From positions 36,270,001-36,334,000 of the forward strand of contig NC_043000.1 in assembly GCF_006345805.1 (NCBI RefSeq): DNA of 64,000 bases, read 5' to 3'. The stretch is from Octopus sinensis. Its lineage: Eukaryota. Both the position numbers and the translations under genes were made by a program. Of the stretch, positions 52,719 through 64,000 are shown piece after piece; positions within the stretch are counted from its first letter, which is position 1; each line of letters opens with the position of its first letter. Below the pieces are notes generated by a model. That model worked only from the letters and a program-made list of their open reading frames with translations, had not been told where the DNA came from and did not search any database.

Positions 52719-53012
52719 TTACAGGGTAAATGTTTTTTAAATTTTCTCCTGTTTACGGAATTGACTTTTATTTGCGGTTGAAGCTTTGGCTGTTATTTCT
52801 AGTGGGTGAATGGCCTATTATGGCCGTTCCTTGATTGTTGATGTTGAACTTAAAAATGGTATATGACTATTTAATTTTTTCCCACTAGGCCGCTGGTGGC
52901 AAAAAAAAATCTACAAAATTTTTTTGGCACCCTATATTGATTAATTATATATATATATATATTATATATAAAATACAAAATGGGACGAGAACTCAAAACA
53001 TCTAGACATTTC

Positions 53013-53740
53013 GGTGATACAAGAAAGGGACAACAAAACATCCAGATACACGATACAAAGAAAACAAGGACGCGTCATTCGGAGTTTTCTTTCCTCAGTC
53101 GAGTTCCAGATTATCTTTGCAATTTCGGCTGGTTATACTCGAGATTGCTCCAATCTGGCCAGCCCCAAGGAAAATCTAAGCTAGGATCCACATTTCATTG
53201 CCTTCTCTTCATGATCACTTTCGCTCCACTTTTCACTTTACCGTGTCCCTGTCATTTTTTCTCGCCCATTCTTATTTCTTCTGTCCCTCTGCCTCTACCT
53301 CTCTCTCTTCTCTCTCCACGTGACCGGTGTTCGGCCAAACCTGACCTTTCTTTCTTGGTTCGGCCGTCGTCCGTGCTACATCTATATTCTTCCCTGTACT
53401 TGTGAAATCTTGTGTCCCTGCCGTAAGTCTTTATTTCCATACACGCCAGCTTAATTTAATTAGTCCTTTTGTTATGTCCTGTTATTTGTATTTGTGTAAC
53501 TTTCTCCGTCTTTTCCGTCCTTGTTTTCTTATACATTCACCGCTTTTTTCCAAGGAATCTAATGCTCTTAGCTTTGTTTTTCCTTGGGGCTGACCAGATT
53601 GGAGCAATCTACAGTATAACCAGCCAAAATTGCAAAGATAATCTGGAACTCGACTGAGGAAAGAAAACTCCGAATGACCCGTCCTTATTTTCTTTGTATC
53701 GTCTATCTGGATGTTTTATTGTCCCTTTTTTTGTATCACC
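53013..53740. mobile_element. Penelope-like element with ~170-bp inverted terminal duplication
   Basis: 53013-53184 is the reverse complement of 53568-53740; homologous to 19740-20150; contains CTGAGGA...CCGAAT in each arm. Confidence 0.7.
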
Positions 53741-53863
53741 TGACTGAATTTTTTGCATTCTTGTCCCATTTTGTATATATATATATGTAGCGGTGTACGT
53801 ACACTTTGTTCTTGTTTATATATATATATATATGTAGCGGCGTACGTACACTTTGTTCTTGTT

Positions 53864-53952
<89 letters not shown>

Positions 53953-53984
53953 GTGCGTGCGTGCATATCTGTGTATATGCCTTT

Positions 53985-54178
53985 GTGCCCGTGTTTGCCG
54001 CCCACATTCGCCTGACAGCTGATGTTTTCGCATTTACATCCCTTAGACATAGCGGTCCGTCATAAATGACCGATGAATAAGTACCAGGCTTAAAAACATA
54101 CTGGGATCCATTCAATTCATGAAAATTCCCTGAGCGGTGAGACAGCATGTTCGCTGCCTGATGACTGAAAGAGAAACA
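53985..54178 (+). mobile_element. SINE family 1, 3' half, diverged
   Basis: GTGTTTGCCGCCCACATTCGCCTGACAGCTGATG...ATGACTGAAAGAG. Confidence 0.65.
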
Positions 54179-54917
54179 GATAGCATATACATATATTCCT
54201 AAATGTTGTCTGCTCAAATATGTATCTTTATGTGTGTATCTATCCATCCATGTTGCGTATTGGGAAGGTCATATTGCCCACTATTATAATCACACGCACC
54301 GGCTGGATTCATATCACTTCCTTATTCTTAGTCAAGTGGTTAAGTTTCTAAACAACTACTTATTCTATCCAACAAATAGCGTTATGTAAACACGTGTGCC
54401 ATGTAACATGCGTATTTATTCTTCAATGTTTCGCCACCCAGAGCCTTGCCGCCGTTCTTCTTTCGAAAACAAAAAACATAAATAAAGATTCAAAGAGGGA
54501 GAGAGCATTTTATCGATCTCTGAATCGATGAGAAAGCAGCGTTAAATACACTGAGGATTGAACCCAAGCGCAGAAAACCGCTGCCAGCAGGGTAACACCG
54601 CCAACCGGGCGCCAGATACTCTAACCTTCGAATGAATGAAAACATTTATTTATACTCGTTCATGTCTGGCAGCGAATCTAAAATGTTATGTCTATAGATT
54701 GCATTAAAATTCCAGATTAAGAAATAAATGCGACGTAGTAAGTAATTATTAATAAATTAATTAATATACATTGATAATCTCTGTTAAAGTAAACACCTGC
54801 AGTGTTCCGAGAGATTACGTAAAATAAAAACGGTGAAAATTTTCTGTTTATTCCCGACAGTAATTTTGTTTCTGAGATAGAATCGGGTGTAAATATGAAA
54901 GCAAAATGTGTGTAAAA

Positions 54918-55475
54918 CAATAATTCTTCGACATACCGCGGTTCATCTATCGCGGTTTATTATCTAAGCTTACGTCTATTCCGCCGTGGTGTTGTTTTGC
55001 ATTTATAATAAAATAAATATAAAATTATCATTCGATATATGATACAATATTCATATTTTATATCTCTGAAGAGCAGACGGGTTGTCTATAAATGCTTATC
55101 AATATAGGATTTCATTATAGGGACAACTCTCCTGCGAAACGATCGTAAGATGCTTAAAAAATCTATTCAAAACTTTTAAACTATCAAATTTATCTTATAC
55201 ATTATACTTATATTTTTATATTTATTTATATATATTTTTAATACAATAAGGTCTTTCACACGGGTACATTTTTATGTTGAGTTCATTATTGATTTCCTTA
55301 TATTAATAGTAATAATATATTATTTTTAAAAAATATGTAATAAAATAAATATATACAAATCATAAAAATAAAAAAAAAATATATACAGTGAAGTACTGTT
55401 TCTACTTCGCGGATTTTCATTTATCGTGGGGTGGAGGTTTGGAACGTAACACACGCGATAGTCCAGGGATAACAG
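54918..55475 (-). mobile_element. Tigger/pogo-like MITE copy carrying a nested HHR element
   Basis: TTTCTACTTCGCG...TTTGGAACGTAACACACGCGATAGTC and TATCGCGGTTTATT...AAGCTTACGTC are reverse complements of parts of 44302-44970. Confidence 0.6.
55061..55152 (+). ncRNA. Intact canonical type I HHR with long stem II (GUA site, cut 55147/55148)
   Basis: UAUCU-CUGAAGA-GCAG..GUUGUC UAUAA...UUAUAG.GACAAC..CUGC-GAA-ACGAUCGU-A/AGAUG. Confidence 0.88.
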
Positions 55476-55489
55476 TTTAGAAAAAAATG

Positions 55490-55778
55490 GCTCTCCGTCG
55501 GTTACGACGACGACTGTTCCGCTTTAGTCGATGAGCAGAACAGTCAGCTCGTGCAGTCGCTGATCAATCCAATGACAACGTAGTTCTCAGGGAGTTTCAG
55601 TGTGTGCAGAATATGATAGGGCTGGCTCTTGGAATTAAAGGTACCACGCATTTTTGTACATTGGTGCAACTGGAACTAAAGTGCCTTGCTCAAGGACACG
55701 AGACACTACCGGGAATTGAACTGACGAACTTACGATCGGAAGCCGAGCACTCTAACCACTAGGCAAGGGGCCTTCACA
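55490..55778 (-). mobile_element. SINE family 3, diverged
   Basis: CCGTCGGTTACGACGAC, ACGTAGTTCTCAGGGAG and CTCTAACCACTAGGC blocks match 62323-62700. Confidence 0.75.
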
Positions 55779-55819
55779 TGAATTACAGATGAGGAGTAAT
55801 AATATGTAAAGAAGTACAG

Positions 55820-56030
55820 GGCGGCGAGCTGGCAGAATCGTTAGCACCCCGGGCGAAATGCTTAGCGGTATTTCGTCTGCCGTTACGTTCTGAGTTCAAA
55901 ATCCACCTAGGTCAACTTTGCCTTTCATCCTTTCGGGGTTGATAAATTAAGTATCAATTGCGTACTGGGGTCGATCTAATCGACTAATCCTCTCCCCCAA
56001 AATTTCAGCTTGTGCCTAGAGTAGAAGAGA
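55820..56030 (+). mobile_element. SINE family 2, full length
   Basis: GGCGGCGAGCTGGCAGAATCGTTAGC head. Confidence 0.88.
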
Positions 56031-56139
56031 ATATATAAAGAAGTAAATTTCACAATTATTCAGAAATCTAAACCTATCAAACCATTTCTTGCTCTTTTTT
56101 AAAAAATTTTTTACGGGTATTCTATGGTATTAGAAGTGT

Positions 56140-56525
56140 TGGGTGTATGGTTATGTCACTCGCATCGCAAGCAAGCAGTTTCGGGTTCGCTCGCCTTGCG
56201 TGGCACGGCACCTTACACAAACGTCTTCTACTATAGTCACAGGCTGACCAATATCTTGTGAATGATTGGTGGAGACTGTGTGGAAGCCAGTGATACACAC
56301 ACACACACACACACACACATACAGACACACTTGCACACGTGTTTATGTATGTGTGTGTCTTTCTCTCTGTATTTGTCCTGCACAAATCGCATTACTACCG
56401 GTGTTGGTTAATTTACGTCCGTAGCTCATGAAAACAAGTACCAGTGCTGGGGTCCATTTGATCGTCTAAACCTTTCGAGTAGAAGCTCAAGCTTGGCCGC
56501 TGTCTACAGACTGAAATTAGTAAAA
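56140..56525 (+). mobile_element. SINE family 1, old diverged copy
   Basis: TGCGTGGCACGGCACCTTA..CGTCTTCTACTATAG and degenerate 3' block. Confidence 0.65.
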
Positions 56526-56902
56526 GTTAAATGATCAATACAAGTTTATTAAAGGGCCGAAATATTGGTCTAATTTTAAGGGGGCCGAAGAACTATACAT
56601 TTAAAAAGGAGGAGATGAACGAAGAACGCCGTTGAAAAGTAGCTTCGGCGGATATGAGGCGAAATGGTTTCAATTGGGAAATAACAGAACGAAATGGTAA
56701 AGCGAAACGTCATTTGAAATGAAGGGTGCAAATATTGGCTTTTGTAAGGATGCTACGATTGTAGCGAAGACATTAGAAGCGTTTGCGGGGATAAAACCGA
56801 GATCATTTACACTATCCTTCGCATGAATAACTTCGCTTATCTCTTTGCTTAATTTACTTGATGCAATAGCTATCAGCAATACTACACACACACACACACA
56901 AA

Positions 56903-56944
<42 letters not shown>

Positions 56945-57199
56945 CACACTCAAAGTATAGACACACATACACCCAAATACACACACGCACGCATAGAGGC
57001 ATTTAGAGTTCTTCTGAAGAATTTGATGCCAATTAAATATCGATTACTTTCGAGCATATCTGTTGCCAGAATACTCACTTCTGTAAAGTTAGCAGAAAGT
57101 GTATGCCTCGGTAGACGAATGCATTTCGTGTTCAGCATGTATGTGCGTGCGTTGCTGTTGGTATTTCATTAAACCTTAGAATATTCGAGAAATTAATCC

Positions 57200-57224
57200 A
57201 TCTATCTGTCTGTCTCTCTGTCTG

Positions 57225-57316
<92 letters not shown>

Positions 57317-57339
57317 ACTGTCTGTCTGTCTGTCTATCA

Positions 57340-57404
<65 letters not shown>

Positions 57405-57405
57405 C

Positions 57406-57460
<55 letters not shown>

Positions 57461-57545
57461 CCTATCTATCTATCTATCTACCTGTCTATTTGTCTATCTA
57501 TCTGTCTGTCCGTCCGTCCTTCTCTCTGTCTGTCTGTCGGCATGT
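57200..57545. repeat. (TCTA)n/(TCTG)n tetranucleotide microsatellite
   Basis: Directly visible. Confidence 0.95.
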
Positions 57546-57954
57546 CTGTGTGTATATTTTAGTATGTATGTACTTATGTATGTCATTGGCCGGTGAGTAA
57601 AATTCGCAATTTTACAACCTAAAGGCAAAAATATATACTATCTCATGATAGTGCTTTTTGTGGCTATTGACTTGCTTTGGCTCTTATTTCTAGCAGTAGT
57701 TGTGCTGATCAATGCCCTTGTTCACTTTAGTGACGCTGCGGATTATATTATATATAATTCTCACTTTTACCATTTTTGAAATCAGCATCGTTGCTATTCT
57801 GTTAATCTGTCCTGTGTAGTAATTTCGCCAAATGCTCTTTTTTCAATATTTATTTTTTCTTGCAATAGCCGGTTCTTTTGGTCAAACTGTCGAATCTCCA
57901 GCTGCTTCAGATGACGAGATATCAAAAATTCTTTTTCTACACTAGACACAGGAC

Positions 57955-58368
57955 CCGAAATATTTGGGGGTGGGGGTGGGGGTGGCCAGTCGACTAGATC
58001 GACCCCAGTACGCAACTGGCACTTAATTTATCGATCTCGAAAGGATGAAAGGCAATGACCTCGGCAGAATTTGAACTCAGAACGTAAAACCAGACGAAAA
58101 ACTGCTGAGCATGTCGCCCGGCGTTCTAGCGTTTCTTATTTCTTTATTGCACACAAGGGGGCTAAACATAGAAGGGACAAAGAAGGACAGACAACCGGAC
58201 TAAGTTGATTACATCGATCCCAGTGTGTAACTGGTACTTAATTTATCGATCCCGAAAGGATGAAAGGCAAAGTCGACCTCGGCGAAATTTGAACTCAAAA
58301 CGTATCGGCAGACGAAATACGGCTACGCATTTCTCCCGGCGTGCTAACGTTTCTGTCAGTTCGCCGCT
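57955..58368 (-). mobile_element. Two tandem SINE family 2 copies
   Basis: GATCGACCCCAG...GAAAGGATGAAAGGCAA...TTTGAACTC is repeated at ~58005 and ~58210. Confidence 0.85.
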
Positions 58369-58607
58369 TTCGAGATATCAAAAAGTGTCAAACCGTAGTA
58401 GAATGGTTTTGCTATGGAATACTGTTTTTTGCGTTTTCTGAAAAGGTAGCGATTTGGACTTACGACACTTTTGCATAATAGCAACGATATGTTTACAACG
58501 GAGATCTTTATTATAAGCTGACAAGGCTAGATGAGTTTAACCCTAGGCGCGGTGACAGCTACTGATGAGCATTAGGATATGTTAAGCATTGGAATGCGAA
58601 ATCATCG

Positions 58608-58820
58608 GTGTGGAAGCGCGTGACTTAGTGGTTAAGGCATTCGGCTCACGATCGTAAAATCGTGAGTTCAATTCCCAGCGATGCATTTTGTCCTTGAGCA
58701 AACACTTTATTTATCGTTGCTCCAGTCCACTCGGCTGGTAAAAATTAGTTGTACCTGTATTTCAAAGGACCAGCCTTGTCACACACTGTGTCACTCTGTA
58801 TCTTCCCTGAGAACTACGTT
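58608..58820 (+). mobile_element. SINE family 3, 5' part
   Basis: TTAGTGGTTAAGG A-box, GAGTTCAATTCCC B-box, CCAGCCTTGTCACAC...CCCTGAGAACTACGTT. Confidence 0.8.
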
Positions 58821-59185
58821 TGTTTCACTGTTTTGTTCTTACTGTCCTGTTGTTGTTACCACATTTACCCTCCGCAAAAAAATCCCAAATTTTATTTAAT
58901 TTGCTTTGCAGAAAGGACTGTTTTAACGAAGTTACGTCTTGTCCTTACCTTTAAAAAGCGGAGTAGATAAAACAAGGGACAACTGATGAAGTGAATGTTC
59001 TTTATGTTGCCTGTCTCGTTTCTCTATTTGTTTCTTTCGTTGTTCGAAAAAAGTTCGTTTTCTATGTTTTTGTTTTTTATGTTCCCGTTTCTCATTTTGT
59101 CTACGTTTTTTTGATGTCCTGTACCCATATATGCATGTATCTATACATATATGTATGTATATAAGCATATATTTATATATATATA

Positions 59186-59225
<40 letters not shown>

Positions 59226-59584
59226 TATATGGTTATGTATCTATGTATCTATATATGTATGTATCTATTTATCCCAAAGGCACAGACAACAAGTGTATCT
59301 GTGCAGTTGCCGAATGGCATGCAAGTGATGGTAAGACCATTCAGTTAAACAATCTGGGTTAAATATGGAAAAAAAAACCCAGGCAATCTACACAGAATCG
59401 GAAGTGCATTGTGAACAGCGGTGTATAACAGCATCTGATGGTCTAGTTGACACTATGATACTGTAATACTGCAATATATATAACAGCCTTCTAAATTCCG
59501 AACATTTCCCCGCCACTAAGTTATATGTGTATATATATGCGTGTGTGGTGTGTGTGTGTGTGTGGTGTGTGTGTGTGTGTGTAT

Positions 59585-59770
59585 GTGTCTGTCTGTTCAT
59601 CCACTCAATATTTTCACAAGCTGTGTAGTTTATTTAAGCTCCCGTAAGCTAGTGGTTCGGCAAGGTAGTATAGGGGACCGATTTATTCGACTAAGGCGTT
59701 CCAGACGGTGCCCCAGTATGGCCGCAGTCCAATGACAAACAACTAAAAGAGAGAAAAAAAGATAAAAACT
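59585..59770 (+). mobile_element. SINE family 1, 3' fragment
   Basis: TTCGACTAAGGCG...CCCCAGTATGGCCGCAGTCCAATGAC. Confidence 0.7.
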
Positions 59771-60618
59771 AAACGAGCAGTTCAAGTGGGTTTTTTTCTC
59801 AAGGGCTTGTTTAGAACTAACGTTGTTACCCATAGCGCTAATTCTTTAAGGGCCGATCACTAACGCCCAATCTCATGTTACTATGACAATTGAACCGCTC
59901 TGGAGCATGTGACAGATCGACTATCGTGAAACTCTGAATAAAATTTCCGTTTCATTCTAATATTCTGTCTACTCATTGATCACTGTTCCAAAACGTCAGG
60001 CAGGGAGCAGGGAAGGAAGTGGGTTGGGAGCGGAATCATTTTCTAATTCAGTGGCTAGAGTTTGGAACCAGAGATGATCTAGCAATCGAATTCTTCATAT
60101 TCAACAGATCTCTGTTTAAAAGCTTCAAGTATGGAATTGCCTGATCATGCAAGCAACCCGTCAAAAGATTCCATATATAGCTTCGTCGCCTTATGCACGA
60201 TACGTATCAGCGTCTAATAATAAACTCATGATTGAAGACTGAAAGTTAATATATAACTTGAATTCAACGAAATTCCTCTCCACTAATCATTGTAAATGAT
60301 ACATCTTCAATAGTTTTGCTGCAATAAATTTGTATTCTCTCCTGTTGTAACACAAATTAATCCGCAACATCACCGCAGTGATTGTCACTGTAATGGCTCC
60401 TGGCAAAACAAATACGTATTTATGATTAAGGAAATTTTAAAGTTTATACCTAAGTTTCAAAACTGACGTCAATTGACTCTGATTATGGTAGTAATAATGT
60501 AATTATAAAGGATTTCTATTAAAATAGGTCCAATCAATGTGTAGTAATCTGTTATAATAGTACACTTATCGGTCAATGTTCCAATAATCTAGGAATATAG
60601 TACCAAACTACAACATAT

Positions 60619-60671
<53 letters not shown>

Positions 60672-60726
60672 GTGTATATATATGTTAGTATGTATATATA
60701 TATATATATATGTGTGTGTGTTTGTA

Positions 60727-60765
<39 letters not shown>

Positions 60766-60795
60766 GTGTTTATATATATATATATATATATATTG

Positions 60796-60837
<42 letters not shown>

Positions 60838-62322
60838 TATGTATATATGTGAGTGCGTATGTATATATGTATGTATATGTATATATATATATGTGTGTGT
60901 GTGTATTTACATATTAGATATATATGTATTTATGTATGTATGTATGCATGTATGTATGTATGCATGTATGTATATATATATGTAATTTTCCTGCATGCAT
61001 GTGTGTATGAATGAATTAATATGCTTTACATATACATGCATGTGTGCGTGTGTGTGCGTATGTGTGCATGTATGTGTGTGTATATACGTATGTGTGTGTG
61101 TGTGTGTGTGTGTGCATGTACGTGTGTGTGTGTGCATGTACGTGTGTGTGTGTGTGTAGAATATGTAACATGCTTCGGGATGACACGAAGATATTGAACG
61201 AAGTCGATGTTATTGTAATATTTAAAATATGACAACGCTTTTGAGTGTCGATATCAAACTGATTCTTAAAGTATTGTCACGTTACAGTAGTAATAATGAA
61301 AAGGAGAAAAAGATGGCGGAAAACCTGAGGTTGGCTCATATCCGGAGCTTGTATCTCTTACAGCATCCATAAGCTCTGGGTTTAGATTAATATCGGAATA
61401 TATTGATTGTTCGTATTTTTAAAACGACACCAAACGTTTGAGATGGATGTAGTTGTAATAATGGATGCTGGTCAATGATAAATCATTATTCTATCGGTTG
61501 TGAAAAGGTGAAAGGCAGGCTCAAATCTGATAGAATGTGAATCGTGAATGCTAATGTTTTGAAGTTGATTGCGTGATTGACCAAATGGTTTCCGTACCTG
61601 AAAATCAATGTAATATTTGAAGTAGATCGATATCTAATATTTGCTATATTTCAATAGTTGTCGTTTACTTGCAGCTCAACCTTCATGAAGCAGACACGTG
61701 ATCAAAAAGGCTTTGGACGTAAGTACTTTGTCAATTTAGAAGAATATCTCAGACTGTCTTATCTAATGTGTCCATTCCTACTTCAAAACATAAATATGTG
61801 GAAGACTTACATGCCTTTTGCGGCAAGTCTACCAACCACGAAGAGGTTTCCACGTTGATTCCCCTTATTTCAGCTAGAATTGTATGAAACAGATATAGTG
61901 CCATGTAGAAGAGATGACGACCCAGTTTCTAATCAAACTGGCGATATTGAGTTCCCAAAACTCAATATTACTGGTTTCATGCGTCTATGGGAAATCAATG
62001 TATCAATAAAGGCTATCTGATCATTCCTATTTGTCTCCCTCGGCTTCTTGCGTTCTCATTTCACTTTCAAATTCCACATTATCAACTGTCTCTTTTCATT
62101 TACTTTGCCGTCTGGAGACTATCTCCCTTAAACCACGTCGCATCAACCATCTTCCCTAAAAATGATCTCCCTCCTCCAATGAATATCAATTCTTCAGCAA
62201 AATTCTCTTTTTATGAATTCGGTGTCTTTTATTAATCATTGAATTTCATGTTCTTTTTTTTTTTTTACCTTTGTATCGATTTTTCCGTATTATTTAATAG
62301 ACTACATGTTAATTAATTATTG

Positions 62323-62700
62323 GCACTCCGCCGGTTGCGATGACAAGGGTTCCGGTTGATTCGATCAACAGAACAGCCTGCTTGTGAAATTAACGTGAAC
62401 GTGGCTGAGTACTCCACAGACACGTGTATCCTTAACGTAGTTCTCGGGGAGATTCAGCGTGACACAGAGAGTGACAAGGCTGGCCTTTTGAAATACAAGT
62501 ACAGCAGAAACAGGAAGAAAGAGTGAGAGGAAGTTGTGGTGAAAGAGTAGAGCAGGGTTCACCACAACCCCTGCTGGAACGTCGTGGAGCTTTAGATATT
62601 TTCGCTCAATAGACACTGACAACGCCCAATCTGGGAGTCGAAACCGCGATACCACGATCGCGAGTCCGCTACTCTAACCGCTGGGCCATTGCTCCTCCAC
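62323..62700 (-). mobile_element. SINE family 3, near full length
   Basis: Minus head GTGGAGGAGCAATGGCCCAGCGGTTAGAG...GGTTTCGACTCCC; complete body to TGGCACTCCG. Confidence 0.85.
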
Positions 62701-62875
62701 AATTAATTATTACTTTGACAGAAACTTCAACATTTCAGCTTCTGAGCCATAATTATACTCTCTGACGAAGACGACAAAGCCAAACTATGAAACTATTGTC
62801 AAATATTTCCTTGTAAAAGTTAAATATATACATATACATGCATACATACATAATACATATATGCATGCATGTGCG

Positions 62876-62907
<32 letters not shown>

Positions 62908-64000
62908 CATACATATATACATGCATATGTGCATACATACATACATACATACATACATACATACATACATAATGTATATATGTGGATACATATATATATA
63001 CATGCGCACACACAATTATTTGCGACAGTATTCATAACGGAAAGCCATCTTTGTATCCAACTAAAGCTGGATGTCTTGTTAGAACGCCTAATATTGCGCT
63101 TTTGGCGTCGAAACATTCCCTTGGTTCATAAAAGCATAGACAAGTATCGACTGCTACAATATATGTCTGTGCTTTTATACACCATAGTTAAACATGAGAT
63201 CTCTGGAGGCTGATAGCGCAGTATTTGGCCTTCCAACAAGACATTCACGTGAAGTTGCACATAAAGTCTGCTCTTAAACCATACACACACACACACACAC
63301 ACAGATGTGTATATTTATATACGTATGTATGTGTGTGTGTGTGCGCGCGTGTGTGTATCTATGCGTTGGTTTCTGTAGATTATATCATCATCGTCATCAT
63401 GGACATTGATCAACTAACTGTAAAAGATGCGTTGAAGATCTCCCAAGTAAATTCAAACATTAAACAAAGTTAATTGACTGCTAAAGGCAGAAGTTTTCGG
63501 AAATGCTGAGGTGACAAGTTCGAAAGCGGACATCTATTAATCTTCCTCAGTTCATCAAGAATCGAATTTACTCTGTCAACCAGGACTCTGATAATCCATT
63601 CGAAAGAGAAATTAGCAGACATTCTGGAAAGTTTGGAATTTTCTAAATTAAGAGTCTGTCTTTCTGTTCTCTCGCTAACTCTCGCCATTTTCTCCATCTT
63701 CCTTTATAATTTCGGTTCTCTTTGATGTAACTTTTCTTATCTGAAGTAATTTTATGCTAGTTTCTGGCGTTGGTCAATTCCAGGGCTTATTAAAGAAGTG
63801 GCTAGTGAACCAAGCGATGTGACCTCTCTGGCTCAATATAGCACACATATTTACAGCTTGCTGTATGATCTCTGTTACAAATTGTTAGGGTACCATGATT
63901 GGTCGACATATTGGATTACTGAACCATGAATTCAGATTAATGCTGTATATCGATCTGAACCGTGATCTTAACAGATCCACCAACGCTGAAGCAAGATACA

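Larger units (their letters stand above)
51411..52948 (+). repeat. HHR-containing tandem array C (~3.2 units of ~481-489 bp); retrozyme-like
   Basis: Units start at 51411, 51900, 52381 and 52869. Differences are mostly small indels. One HHR per full unit. (TA)-rich flanks. Confidence 0.92.

Noticed and set aside
31907-52948. Tandem arrays as CRISPR-like or simple centromeric satellites
   Set aside because: No repeat-spacer alternation or cas genes; eukaryotic context; per-unit ribozymes explain them better.
58974-59125. GGGACAA-CTGATGA with distant GAAA and GTC
   Set aside because: Stem II and stem III pairings are not supportable in this U-rich stretch.

Overview
AT-rich, microsatellite-dense eukaryotic DNA with one 100-N scaffold gap (36529-36628). 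The SINE and LINE repertoire suggests an octopus (cephalopod) genome; this is inference. No host protein-coding exon can be supported. Apart from retroelement fragments, almost all ORF-track entries are translations of microsatellites. Recognisable elements are two 5'-truncated R4/Dong-like non-LTR retrotransposons stacked in (TAA)n, two L1/Tx1-like 3' fragments stacked in (TCTA)n, RTE and mariner remnants, several MITEs and three tRNA-derived SINE families. The main signal is a dense set of type I hammerhead ribozyme (HHR) motifs. Three unrelated ~470-560 bp tandem arrays (31.9-32.9 kb, 43.2-44.3 kb, 51.4-52.9 kb) carry one HHR per full repeat unit, the layout of non-LTR retrozymes / Penelope-type pseudo-LTR repeats. 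Further solo HHRs lie at 19.5, 24.5, 37.8 and 55.1 kb, and decayed copies at 11.8, 16.0, 35.3, 38.5, 58.6 and 62.8 kb. Several have unusually long, structured stem II insertions, and two have a substitution at core position A9. All folds were derived by hand; catalytic activity and transcription are untested.
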